DNA from: Spirochaetota bacterium
Lineage (GTDB): Bacteria > Spirochaetota > UBA4802 > UBA5550
NCBI GenBank assembly: GCA_963664815.2
Contig: CAXXHB010000002.1
Location: 128,001-192,000, forward strand
DNA length: 64,000 nt
Reading direction: 5' to 3'
Part shown: positions 49,529-59,444 of the stretch, one piece after another
How positions within the stretch are numbered: position 1 is the first letter of the stretch
Layout: each line of letters starts with the position of its first letter
The notes under the pieces: generated by a model
What the model was told of the DNA's origin: nothing
The model's database searches: none
Seen by the model: the letters and a program-made list of their open reading frames with translations, nothing else
Program-made: the position numbers and the translations under genes

Positions 49529-50032
49529 ATGAAAATTGAAATTACTATTCTTGGTCTTCTTATGGAAGGAAATCTCTATGGTTATGAGATTAAAAAAAAG
49601 ATAGTGGAAAGACTTGAAGATTATGTTGATATTAAATTCGGTTCAATTTATTATGCAATTAAAAAGTCTGTTGAAAATGGATGGGTAAAAAGAGTTGGAA
49701 CGGAAAAGGAGAGTGGAAATCCCGAAAGATACGTATATGAGATACTTCCTGCCGGAAAAAAACATTATAAAAAACTATTAAAGCAATACTTTGATACTAA
49801 TTTTATACATTTTGACGTAGATATCGTTCTGATGTTTTTTGATAATCTCACAGAGGAACAGAAAGAGCAGTTCCTTGAAGAAAGAATAACCATGGTTAAA
49901 GAAAAAATTGATAGTATTAAAGAAAAAATTGAAAAAGATGCAAATGACAATTCTTACAGACATATTTTATCATATCTTGAACATCACTTGAAAGCTGAAT
50001 TAAACTGGTTAAAGACATTGAAAAGTACATGA
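49529..50032 (+). CDS. PadR-family transcriptional regulator
   Basis: ILGLL, YGYEIKK, GSIYYAI, PERYVYEI..G; C-terminal AELNWL helix. Confidence 0.92.
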   Translation: MKIEITILGLLMEGNLYGYEIKKKIVERLEDYVDIKFGSIYYAIKKSVENGWVKRVGTEKESGNPERYVYEILPAGKKHYKKLLKQYFDTNFIHFDVDIVLMFFDNLTEEQKEQFLEERITMVKEKIDSIKEKIEKDANDNSYRHILSYLEHHLKAELNWLKTLKST

Positions 50033-50044
50033 AGCTGTATAATC

Positions 50045-51103
50045 CTATAATTCATCAACTATCGGCTTAAGAAATTCTACTTTCTTTTTAAAGAGAATTT
50101 CTTCAAGTTCGTTTTTTAATTTGCCAATATCTGATTTTATTCTTTCAACCTGGCCGATAGTTTTATCTTCACTTCCATTATTATCCAGCTGATGATCAAT
50201 AAGGGATTTATTTATCGTGCTTATTTTAATTACATTAAAATAGTGCTTCTGGGCCAAAGAATAGGTTATGTTTTTCAGAAGATCCTCCTGTTTTTCACAT
50301 ATTTCTTTTAATTCATTTTTTTTAATTAGTGTTATTACAGTATTATTTTTTGCTTTCAAAGTAGCCGTTCTTTTCTCATTTAGCAGGAGAGCCATTTCAC
50401 CGATGACAGTGCCTCTCTTGTCAATAGTTGCAACTTTATTCCCCCCTATTTCAACGTCAATAGCCCCGGATTGAAGAATGTACATCTCTTCTCCTGCTGT
50501 ATTCTCCTCACAGATAATTGAACCGCGGGTGTATTCTATCATTTTATCTGATAATTGATTTGATGATTCTATTGTAAGTGAATCCTGAGATCTGTAGAAG
50601 GCTTCCCCTCTTTTATAATTAATTGAAGTAATATTTTTTTTTAATATCTCATTCATCCATGGAAGTTTTCTTTTTTCATATTCCTGATTAAGATTAAAAA
50701 CAGCCTTGTAAAACTTTATTGATAATTCGCGCAGCTGTTTTTCTTTACCTTCAAGTGCAACAATATTTTTATTAATAATTTTATTGGTCAGCAAAACCTG
50801 TTTTGCAAGTACAATTGATGTATTAATAAGAAATGAAAATTTTTCCATTCCGCTGATAAATTTTTCAGCAGGGATTTTTTTAATTGAAGTCTCTCTTGAA
50901 GCAATAGCTGTTTCAATTCTCTGGGTTTGCTGATTGAGCAGGTTATTCATGATTAACTCAGTTGCACCAACTATGAGATTCTGTCCCTTAATAGCATATT
51001 TATCAATATTTGAAGCATAGAGATACACACTTCCGCTATTGAGGAAATATGCAGAATCGGGTTGGCTGTTTACGGTATATAATTTAATAAATTCTTCAGG
51101 CAT
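50045..51103 (-). CDS. Cyclic nucleotide-binding domain protein (degenerate N-terminal and intact C-terminal cNMP domains)
   Basis: GSIICEENTAGEEMYILQSG, GTVIGEMALL, RTATLKA; weaker N-terminal repeat AYFLNSGSV..IVGATE. No HTH seen. Confidence 0.82.
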   Translation of the reverse strand: MPEEFIKLYTVNSQPDSAYFLNSGSVYLYASNIDKYAIKGQNLIVGATELIMNNLLNQQTQRIETAIASRETSIKKIPAEKFISGMEKFSFLINTSIVLAKQVLLTNKIINKNIVALEGKEKQLRELSIKFYKAVFNLNQEYEKRKLPWMNEILKKNITSINYKRGEAFYRSQDSLTIESSNQLSDKMIEYTRGSIICEENTAGEEMYILQSGAIDVEIGGNKVATIDKRGTVIGEMALLLNEKRTATLKAKNNTVITLIKKNELKEICEKQEDLLKNITYSLAQKHYFNVIKISTINKSLIDHQLDNNGSEDKTIGQVERIKSDIGKLKNELEEILFKKKVEFLKPIVDEL

Positions 51104-51112
51104 CAGGAAACA

Positions 51113-51472
51113 CTATGACAAAATTCTATCAACAAGAGTAAGGAGTTCTTCTTTTTTAAATGGCTTTGTTAAATATGCGTCAGCTTCAATATTCTCATCA
51201 TTCATTTTTATAGTTTTTTCATTTAGTGCCGAAACAACTATTATTTTAGATCCAGGATTTTTTTTCTTTATTTCTTTCACTGCATTTATGCCATCTTTTC
51301 CACCCATGGTAATATCCATTGTCAGGAAATCAGGTTTTACCTCTTCATAAAGATCAATTCCACCCTGACCGTTATCAGCTTCTCCAACCACAGTGTGTCC
51401 ACCATTAATAAGAATATCAGCAATGATTTTTCTCATAAATTTTGAGTCATCAACAATTATACATTTTGCCAT
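51113..51472 (-). CDS. Single-domain CheY-like response regulator
   Basis: IVDDSKFMR, phosphoacceptor in MDITM, VSA, KPF. Confidence 0.93.
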   Translation of the reverse strand: MAKCIIVDDSKFMRKIIADILINGGHTVVGEADNGQGGIDLYEEVKPDFLTMDITMGGKDGINAVKEIKKKNPGSKIIVVSALNEKTIKMNDENIEADAYLTKPFKKEELLTLVDRILS

Positions 51473-52083
51473 TAAAAAGCCCCGATTTTATTTTTAAGTG
51501 TTGATATATTAATTACCCGTTGGAGAAATATTCAAGTATAAAATATTTTTTATTGGAAATGCATAAAAAAGTAAACCATGCTTTTCCATCTTTTAAATGA
51601 AAAAAGAGGGTATAAAATGTTTAATTTTAAATTAAACCAGCATAATCAATATACTCTAATATTGAATTTATGCTATAAATAATGCGTTTTATTGAGAAGT
51701 ACTGATTCAAATTCATGAATTATTGGAAAATATATAAATTTTATATGATTCCGCTTTGAAAGATAAATATCCAAAGATATAGCTACTCCAGAGAAAATTA
51801 CAATAAAATCTTTCCAGATCTGTTCCGGTCTTTATCCTCTGTGGAGAACGGCTTCAATATCGCATCACTTATTAATTATGCTTGTTTTTTTTATTGCCAG
51901 TAAAATAATCAGAAAATTGCAGAAAATGATCTCTAATATATTTTAAAAACAGTTAAATGTGAAGATGTATCAGATTGTTTATGAAAAATAAAAAATCCCA
52001 GTTAACAGCTTCCGAAAAGATATCTAATATTATTATTTAGATAGTAATATATAAAATTTCAAAATTGCCCGGGTATTAAAATT

Positions 52084-53403
52084 ATGGAAATAGAAAATAA
52101 TAACTCCCTGAATTTCGGCCACCTTATAGTATTAGGTTTGAGTCACAAAACGGCCCCTGTTGAAACAAGGGAACTTTTTTCTCTACCGGTATCCCAGCTT
52201 TCCGCTTTTTATGAAAGACTTTCAGAGGCTGGAGTGGAAGAATCAGTTTATGTTTCTACCTGCAACAGAGTTGAAATATATATGACTGCCGATGACAGCG
52301 AATCTGCTGTTGAAACAATTAAACGGCTTATGGAATATTATACAAAACTCCCACATGAGCAATTTATGAGCTCTGTATATTCAAAATATGGTACTGATGC
52401 CGTGAAGCATCTATTATCTGTTGTTTCATCTCTTGATTCAATGGTTATAGGTGAGAATGAGATTACCGGACAAATCAAGGAATCGTACCGGAAAGCAGTT
52501 GAGTGTGGTACCACTGGAACGATTTTGAATAAACTTTTTCACAGAGCATTTACTACTTCGAAAAAAATACGTAATGAAACAGATATTTCAAAGAATCCAC
52601 TCTCAATGGCATCCATCGCCGTTGAGCAGGCAAAAAACATTTTTCCCAATCTTTCTTCTAGAAGCGCTCTTCTAATTGGCGCAGGTGAAATGGGAGAACT
52701 TATACTTAAATACCTGGTAAAAGAGAATCTGAAAAAAATTGTACTGGCAAACAGGACTTCAGAAAACGCCGAAAGAATATGCAATGATATAGATTATAAA
52801 GCCGAAATAATAAACCTCACAAGAGTGGATCAGGCTCTTGCTGAAGTTGATATCGTTATATCATCGGTAACTGCACCCCATCATGTTATAACCTCCGCAG
52901 ATATAAAAAATATTATGTTTGAACGGGAAGGGAAACCTATTTTCCTTATTGATATTGCGGTACCCAGGAATATTGAACCTGCAGTAATTGATACTGAAAA
53001 TGTTTATCTTTATAATGTTGACAACCTGAAAAATATTGCTGAAGCCAATATGAGGGGAAGAATTCAGGAACTGGAGAAGGCTAACAGAATTATTGATGAA
53101 GATGTTGAGGAGTTTGTTAACTGGTATGATGAACTCTCAATCGCTCCAACCATTACAGTGATTAAAAACAAATTCAATGAAATCAGAGAAAAAGAACTCG
53201 GCAGATACAGAAATAAAAAAATGAAACATCTGTCAGAAGAAGATTTCAAACTAGTTGAAGATATTACATGCCAGATTATGAATAAAACCCTTCATAATCC
53301 TATTGTTAATTTAAAAAAACAGAGAAACTGTTCCGACGAACATGAATCCGGCGAGTCTCTTAAAAAAAACACGAAATTTCTGGAGGACCTTTTTATTAAA
53401 TGA
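52084..53403 (+). CDS. hemA: Glutamyl-tRNA reductase
   Basis: GLSHKTAP, STCNRVE, SLDSMVIGE.EI.GQ, IGAGEMG, DIAVPRNI. Confidence 0.97.
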   Translation: MEIENNNSLNFGHLIVLGLSHKTAPVETRELFSLPVSQLSAFYERLSEAGVEESVYVSTCNRVEIYMTADDSESAVETIKRLMEYYTKLPHEQFMSSVYSKYGTDAVKHLLSVVSSLDSMVIGENEITGQIKESYRKAVECGTTGTILNKLFHRAFTTSKKIRNETDISKNPLSMASIAVEQAKNIFPNLSSRSALLIGAGEMGELILKYLVKENLKKIVLANRTSENAERICNDIDYKAEIINLTRVDQALAEVDIVISSVTAPHHVITSADIKNIMFEREGKPIFLIDIAVPRNIEPAVIDTENVYLYNVDNLKNIAEANMRGRIQELEKANRIIDEDVEEFVNWYDELSIAPTITVIKNKFNEIREKELGRYRNKKMKHLSEEDFKLVEDITCQIMNKTLHNPIVNLKKQRNCSDEHESGESLKKNTKFLEDLFIK

Positions 53404-54455
53404 TGAATAAAAATTCACCCAAGCTCATATTCTGGGAACTTACAAAGATGTGCAACCTAAAATGTGCACATTGCCGTGCAGAGGCTGAAGACAGCAGTTT
53501 CACCGGAGAATTAAATTTAGATACAATAAAAGGAATTCTTGACAATATCTCTACAAATTATACCCCAATTCTTGTTCTTACAGGTGGAGAGCCGCTTTAC
53601 AGAAAAGATATATTTGAAATTGCAAAATACGCAGTAGATAGAGGCTTAAAAACAGCACTAGCTACAAACGGTACACTGATAAATAAAGATGCAGCTGAAA
53701 AGATCAAAGGTGCTGGAATATCAAGGGTCAGTATATCTATAGACGGTACAGATGCCGAAAGTCATGACAATTTTCGCGGTGTAAATGGTGCATTTAATGG
53801 AGCTCTGAATGGTGCCAGGCTTTTAAAAGAAGCTGGTGTGGAGTTTCAATTTAACACAACAATCACAAAGAGAAATGTTGATCATATAGAGGGGATTCTT
53901 GAACTTGCACTCAAGGAAAAAGCCTCTGCTCTTCATATATTTATGCTTGTTCCGGTGGGATGCGGTATTGAAATTGCAGAGAGTGATATGATCTCTGATG
54001 CTAAATATGAAGAAGTTCTTCACTGGTTCTATGACAGATCACGTATAGTGAATATAGAATTTAAAGCTACATGTGCCCCTCACTACTACAGGATAATCAG
54101 GCAAAGAGCTAAAACAGAAGGACGCTCCCTAACCTTTGAAACAGATGGAATGGCCGCGATGACAAGAGGATGCCTTGCGGGAACCGGAGTCTGCTTTATC
54201 TCTCATCGGGGTGATGTTCAACCGTGCGGTTACCTACCGGTTTCTGCAGGAAACGTCCTTGAAACTCCGTTTAACGGGATATGGGAGAAATCCGACCTCT
54301 TTATGAAACTCCGGGATTTTAATTCACTTGAAGGAAAATGTGGAATCTGCGAATATAAGGGTGTCTGCGGCGGATGCAGGGCAAGAGCTTATTATTCAAG
54401 CGGTAACTTCATGGAAGAAGAACCATACTGCCTTTACAAGCCACTGAAAGGGTGA
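53400..54455 (+). CDS. ahbD: AdoMet-dependent heme b synthase (radical SAM/SPASM)
   Basis: WELT..CNLKCAHCRA, TCAPHYYRI.RQ, MTRGCLAG, VQPCGYL, CGGCRARA, EEPYC. Confidence 0.9.
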   Translation: MMNKNSPKLIFWELTKMCNLKCAHCRAEAEDSSFTGELNLDTIKGILDNISTNYTPILVLTGGEPLYRKDIFEIAKYAVDRGLKTALATNGTLINKDAAEKIKGAGISRVSISIDGTDAESHDNFRGVNGAFNGALNGARLLKEAGVEFQFNTTITKRNVDHIEGILELALKEKASALHIFMLVPVGCGIEIAESDMISDAKYEEVLHWFYDRSRIVNIEFKATCAPHYYRIIRQRAKTEGRSLTFETDGMAAMTRGCLAGTGVCFISHRGDVQPCGYLPVSAGNVLETPFNGIWEKSDLFMKLRDFNSLEGKCGICEYKGVCGGCRARAYYSSGNFMEEEPYCLYKPLKG

Positions 54456-54459
54456 TCCG

Positions 54460-55476
54460 ATGGAATTCAGCGAGAAAGAGGCGCTTATACTCAACAGGCT
54501 TCAGAAAGGAATTCCCGCCATAAGTGAACCTTTCCTTGAAATTGCAGAAGAAACTGGCATGAGCGAAGATGAAGTTCTGAAGATAGTTTCACGCCTGAAA
54601 GAAAACAAAATAATAAGAAATATTTCCGGAATATTCGATGGGAAAAAGCTTGGATATTTTCTGAGCCTTGTGGCGTTTGAAGTACCGGACGATAGAGTAG
54701 ATTTAGCAGCTTCAGTTATAAATTTACATCCTGGAGTCAGTCATAACTATCTCAGAAACCACAGGTACAATATATGGTTTACACTCGCAGGAGAGAACGA
54801 GGAGGATTTTTACAGAGCAGTTTCTATTCTTGCCTTTAAATCCGGGGCTGTTGATTCTTTGATTCTGAGGAATGAAAAACTTTTAAAAATTGGCGTGTTT
54901 CTTAATATTGGTGAATCTGAAAATGACAGCGGATTTACTCAGGTTCATAGTACGGGAACTATAAATTATGGTAATCCTGATGAAACGATGAAAGAAGCGG
55001 TTCTTCTACTTCAGAATGATTTACCGCTTGAAAGAAAGCCATTTCAGAAAATTGCTGTAAACGGAAAATATATTCATGGTGAGAAGCAGCTCCTCTCATA
55101 TTTCTCCGAATTTCTTGCTGCAGGAGTTATGAAGAGATATGCGGCTGTTCTTAAACACCGTAGTGCTGGTTATACTTCTAATGCAATGACAGCGTGGAAA
55201 ATTGACATGAAGACAGACTTTGAATTGTTTATTCAAGAGGGGGCCATCTCTCATTTATATCTGAGAACTGTGTATCCCGGCAGATGGGAACATCCTCTTT
55301 TCGCAATGATTCATGCGAAATCTGAAGATGAACTTAAAGATATAATTAACAGGCTTTCAACAAAAAGCGGGATAAAAGATTATCTTGCACTCTCCTCACT
55401 GAAAGAGTTTAAGAAACAAAGGATAAAGTATTTTTCAGAAGATTTTAATGAATGGAAAAGGTTAAATCATGATTGA
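54460..55476 (+). CDS. ahbAB: Siroheme decarboxylase, fused AhbA-AhbB (NirDL-like)
   Basis: Two AsnC/Lrp-like halves: GVSHNYLRNH.YNIWFTL and ISHLYLR...W...LFAMIH...EFKK. Confidence 0.87.
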   Translation: MEFSEKEALILNRLQKGIPAISEPFLEIAEETGMSEDEVLKIVSRLKENKIIRNISGIFDGKKLGYFLSLVAFEVPDDRVDLAASVINLHPGVSHNYLRNHRYNIWFTLAGENEEDFYRAVSILAFKSGAVDSLILRNEKLLKIGVFLNIGESENDSGFTQVHSTGTINYGNPDETMKEAVLLLQNDLPLERKPFQKIAVNGKYIHGEKQLLSYFSEFLAAGVMKRYAAVLKHRSAGYTSNAMTAWKIDMKTDFELFIQEGAISHLYLRTVYPGRWEHPLFAMIHAKSEDELKDIINRLSTKSGIKDYLALSSLKEFKKQRIKYFSEDFNEWKRLNHD

Positions 55477-56740
55477 TATAGGCAAAATCTACTGCGGGGG
55501 ATCTTCTACCGGTGACGGGCTTAGGTATGGCCAGGAGTCAGGTCCTGACTGTCACGGGAACTCTCCACACAAGGTTCAGAAGCTTGCCAGTGAGAGACGA
55601 CCAATAGTTGTATGGAACACCACCCGTACATGCAACCTGCAATGCGTTCACTGTTACACTGATTCTGAAAACAAAAAGTATAATGGTGAACTGACAACAG
55701 TTGAGGCACGAAAGCTAATTGATGAACTTTCAGATTTCGGAATCCCTTCACTTCTTTTCTCCGGTGGAGAACCATTTATGAGAAATGATCTTTTTACTCT
55801 CCTTGAATATGCTTCCAAAAAAAATGTACGCCCGGTAATTTCCACTAACGGTACGTTGATTGACAGGGAAACGGCTCAAAGAGTGAAAGATTCCGGAGTT
55901 GTTTATGTTGGTATAAGCCTTGACGGGCTCGAAGCGGTAAATGATAAATTTCGCGGCGTGCAGGGCGCTTTCACAAGAACCATGAAAGGTTTTGATAACT
56001 GCCGAGCTGTTAATCAGAGAGTGGGATTGAGACTCACTTTAACTGAAAGAAATTATATAGATCTTCACGGAATTTTTGATTTTATTGAAAAAGAGCAGAT
56101 TAACAGGGCGTGTTTCTATCACCTTGTTTACTCAGGCCGGGGTAGTTCCATTTCAAAAGATGACCTTACTCATACTGAATCGAGAAAAGCAATGGATATA
56201 ATCCTTGAAAGGACTCAGGATTATTTTAACAGAAAACTCGATATCAATATACTGACAGTTGATAATCATGCAGATGGAGTTTATACATATCTTAAAATGA
56301 AAGAAAAAAATATGCCTGAAGCTGAAAATGTTTACTCAATGCTGAAATGGAACGGCGGTGCTGCAAATTCATCTGGTGTGGGGATTTCCAATATAGACTT
56401 TTTCGGTAATGTACATCCGGATCAGTTCTGGCAGGATTATACATTCGGAAATATTCGTGATAGAAATTTTGGAGATATCTGGATGGATGAATCTGACCCA
56501 CTAATGAGAGGTCTTAAGCATAAAGCGGAGCATATCAAAGGGAGATGCAGGCTTTGCAGTTATAAAGAAATCTGCACCGGTTCAATGAGAGTTCGCGGTT
56601 ACAGAATTTATAATAATCCCTGGGCTCCTGACCCGGCATGCTATCTTACTGATGATGAGATAGGTCTTGATAGTGAAAAGAAAGAATATTTGAAAGGGCA
56701 TGGAGAGGAGTTTCCTATGCCTGAAGAGATTAACAGATAA
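55469..56740 (+). CDS. ahbC: Fe-coproporphyrin III synthase (12,18-didecarboxysiroheme deacetylase)
   Basis: KIYCG...LRYG, VVWNTTRTCNLQCVHCY, CFYHLVYSGRG, LTVDNHADG, VHPDQFW, WAPDPACY. Confidence 0.9.
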   Translation: MIDIGKIYCGGSSTGDGLRYGQESGPDCHGNSPHKVQKLASERRPIVVWNTTRTCNLQCVHCYTDSENKKYNGELTTVEARKLIDELSDFGIPSLLFSGGEPFMRNDLFTLLEYASKKNVRPVISTNGTLIDRETAQRVKDSGVVYVGISLDGLEAVNDKFRGVQGAFTRTMKGFDNCRAVNQRVGLRLTLTERNYIDLHGIFDFIEKEQINRACFYHLVYSGRGSSISKDDLTHTESRKAMDIILERTQDYFNRKLDINILTVDNHADGVYTYLKMKEKNMPEAENVYSMLKWNGGAANSSGVGISNIDFFGNVHPDQFWQDYTFGNIRDRNFGDIWMDESDPLMRGLKHKAEHIKGRCRLCSYKEICTGSMRVRGYRIYNNPWAPDPACYLTDDEIGLDSEKKEYLKGHGEEFPMPEEINR

Positions 56741-57396
56741 TGAATCTCTATCCTATCATGGTTAACATGAACGGTAAACCTGTTGTTATTATTGGGGGAG
56801 GAGAGGTCGCAGCACGAAAGGTTTCCGATCTCATTGAAGCCGGCGCGCAAGTGAAAGTAATTTCACCGGAGTTCAACAATGAAATAATCAATGCAGAGAA
56901 ATTGTTTAGTGACCGGATTATTCTTACGAAAAGAAAGTATCGGAATGGTGACCTGGATGGAGCTTACCTTGTTTTTTCGGCAACAAATGACATGAAAGTA
57001 AACGCCGAAGTTTTTAGCGAAGCTGAGGAGCGGAAAATACTGATAAATGCTGTTGATGACCCACCGAGTTGTTCCTTCTATATACCATCTTTCGCCAGGA
57101 AAGGAGACCTTATATTTGCTCTGTCTACAAGCGGGGCCTCTCCTGCAATGGCTGCAAGGCTCAGACGTGAGATTGAAAAATATATACCGGAAAATATCGA
57201 ATATATTCTTAATAAGTTAAAGAATGTGAAAAGACTTTTAAAAGAAGAAAAATGTTTCTCACACATAAATTCGCCGGAACGAGGTAAAATATTGAAGAAA
57301 ATTGTAAATGATGACACCCTTCTCAAAGAAATGAACTCCTGCAACGATAATGATATGATTGAATTTCTGGATAGAGTCAAGAATATCTGCAACTAA
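56740..57396 (+). CDS. Precorrin-2 dehydrogenase/sirohydrochlorin ferrochelatase (SirC/Met8, CysG N-terminal-like)
   Basis: YP, IGGGEVAARK, SATND..VN, NAVDDP..CSF..P, STSGASP. Confidence 0.92.
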   Translation: MNLYPIMVNMNGKPVVIIGGGEVAARKVSDLIEAGAQVKVISPEFNNEIINAEKLFSDRIILTKRKYRNGDLDGAYLVFSATNDMKVNAEVFSEAEERKILINAVDDPPSCSFYIPSFARKGDLIFALSTSGASPAMAARLRREIEKYIPENIEYILNKLKNVKRLLKEEKCFSHINSPERGKILKKIVNDDTLLKEMNSCNDNDMIEFLDRVKNICN

Positions 57397-57407
57397 AGCT
57401 CTTTGTT

Positions 57408-58583
57408 CTACCTTCCCTCAAGCCTTCCCATCTCATGAATTCCATTTCCTATAAACATTGCTGCAACAAGGGCAAATATAATTCCTGAAATAAAGACATA
57501 TTCCTCTCCGAACCTTGTGACAATTATGCCTGACAGAAGAGGCCCGATGGTCTGACCGAGACGGAGAACTGATGAATTAATTGACATGAACGCTCCCCTG
57601 TATTCATCCGGAGCAAGAATTGAAATTTGCGTCTGAATGTTCGGTATTAATATACCATTTGCAAATCCATATAAAAATACCGGAAAAATAAAAAGCAGGA
57701 TTCCCGGCATAAAATATGCCGCGGCAAGCGCCAACGGATAAATCAGGTATGCTGATACAAGAAGCTTTTTCGATGAAAACTTCCCCGCAAGCTTACCAAG
57801 ATTAAAAGACCCTATGATAGTACCGATTGATGATGTTGACATCGCAAGGCCGATTACCAGTGATGAGGCATGAAAATGATTTTTCATGTAAAATGGAAAA
57901 AATGCAAGAAGTATTCCGTAAAGCAGAATAAAAGCGGCTAATGTGCCTCCATAGAGAAAAAGAAGATCTTTTTTCTTTATCAGTTTAAAAGACCTTTTCA
58001 GGTACTCTCTTATCTTTCCATTTTTAACCGGTTCCTTGTAATCAAGTCCGAAGATGACAAGCAGTGATACAGGAAAAGCCATGGCTGCAAGAAAAAAAGG
58101 GTAATGCCATCCAAGCATTGCTATTGCACCACCAATTGAAGGATAAAGCATGGTTCCGATACTAAGAATAGAACTATTGTATCCCATAGCGGAAACCCTC
58201 TCTTTACCTGGAAAAATATCACCAATAATAGTCTGATTTATTGATCCTAATGATGCGGCTCCCGCTCCCTGAAAAAAACGAAGTAAGAGTAGAAATGAAA
58301 AGCTTTTTGTAAATCCTGCAATTGTGCCACATATGCCAAAAATAAGAAGTGCCGGTACAAGAACATTTTTTCTCCCGAATCTGTCAGCAGCAATACCGAA
58401 AAACGGAGAAAGAACAATTCCAGGCATTGTAAATACTACAATAAGTAAATTTGCCTCTCCTGCTGTTATTGAAAGTGCTTCAGCAATCCTTGGAAGTACC
58501 GGGGCGATACAGGAAACCTCCATCACTGAGATGAGTGTTACACAGAAAATAATCTGAAGATGCTTATTAAAGAAAACCGGCAT
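57408..58583 (-). CDS. MFS transporter
   Basis: About 12 TM segments, motif A GIAADRFGRKNV, LRFFQGAG. Confidence 0.92.
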   Translation of the reverse strand: MPVFFNKHLQIIFCVTLISVMEVSCIAPVLPRIAEALSITAGEANLLIVVFTMPGIVLSPFFGIAADRFGRKNVLVPALLIFGICGTIAGFTKSFSFLLLLRFFQGAGAASLGSINQTIIGDIFPGKERVSAMGYNSSILSIGTMLYPSIGGAIAMLGWHYPFFLAAMAFPVSLLVIFGLDYKEPVKNGKIREYLKRSFKLIKKKDLLFLYGGTLAAFILLYGILLAFFPFYMKNHFHASSLVIGLAMSTSSIGTIIGSFNLGKLAGKFSSKKLLVSAYLIYPLALAAAYFMPGILLFIFPVFLYGFANGILIPNIQTQISILAPDEYRGAFMSINSSVLRLGQTIGPLLSGIIVTRFGEEYVFISGIIFALVAAMFIGNGIHEMGRLEGR

Positions 58584-58584
58584 T

Positions 58585-59211
58585 CTAATTAAATCCGTTC
58601 AGAATAAATTCCGCAATTTTCTTGCCGAGATGAATATGACTTTCCGCTTCAAGGTGCGATCCGTCAAGGCTGCTCCCTGTTACATAAACAGAGGTATCAA
58701 AAAACTGGGTATTTTTCTGTTTAGACAGTTGTCTGTATTTTTCAGGTAATCCTTTAAGTTTATTAACCTCTAGTTCAAAAAATTGAATCTCTTCAATATC
58801 TGTATTGAACTGCGGAGGAGACATTATTATAATTTCAGGAGGTAAAAAACCTGCATCCATGTGGCTTTTTCTTAATACATCAACAATCTGTTCAATGCCA
58901 TATGATATTGAGTCTAAAGTTGTGTTATCCCCGATAAAGATATCATTCAGACCTAAACATATAAGAGTAATGTCAAGCGGGAGATAGTTACATATTTCTG
59001 ATTTTATCCACTCTATTCCGTTTGCCTTTATATTTACCGGTGAAAAATCAAGAACTGTTCTTCCATTTAATCCATCTTCAATCACGAAATATTCATCTCC
59101 CAGAAAGGATCCCATAACCATGGGCCACCTGGTTTTCTCATCAAAACGGGAGCTGTCTCTCGGATTGCATCCCCAGGTATTGGAATCACCATAACAGAGA
59201 ATTCGTCTCAT
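58585..59211 (-). CDS. SGNH/GDSL hydrolase (arylesterase-like)
   Basis: ILCYGDSNTWG, EDGLNGRT, LGLND, DGSHL. Confidence 0.92.
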   Translation of the reverse strand: MRRILCYGDSNTWGCNPRDSSRFDEKTRWPMVMGSFLGDEYFVIEDGLNGRTVLDFSPVNIKANGIEWIKSEICNYLPLDITLICLGLNDIFIGDNTTLDSISYGIEQIVDVLRKSHMDAGFLPPEIIIMSPPQFNTDIEEIQFFELEVNKLKGLPEKYRQLSKQKNTQFFDTSVYVTGSSLDGSHLEAESHIHLGKKIAEFILNGFN

Positions 59212-59374
59212 TTAAAACCTGTTATAAATAATATATTTTAAGTTAATAAACCGAAAAATTTAATATAAGTATTATATAATCTCAATCCTTTATTGTAAAA
59301 GGACATTTAGAAAATTATTTTGATTGAACAAAAAAGTAATAAAAGTATCTTAGAATTATGAAAGAAAATGTCAA

Positions 59375-59410
59375 CAGGATTTACTTATAGTCAAAGGATA
59401 GTAAATCCTG
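59375..59410. promoter_or_regulatory. Perfect 11-bp inverted repeat upstream of the dedA-like gene
   Basis: CAGGATTTACT-14 nt-AGTAAATCCTG in a divergent intergenic region. Confidence 0.5.
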
Positions 59411-59444
59411 AAAGCGGATATTTATATTTCTGCGGAGGTCTGAG

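Noticed and set aside
51776-51861. Long imperfect stem upstream of hemA (possible cobalamin or other riboswitch)
   Set aside because: The pairing needs many bulges, and no B12-box or other riboswitch consensus is present.
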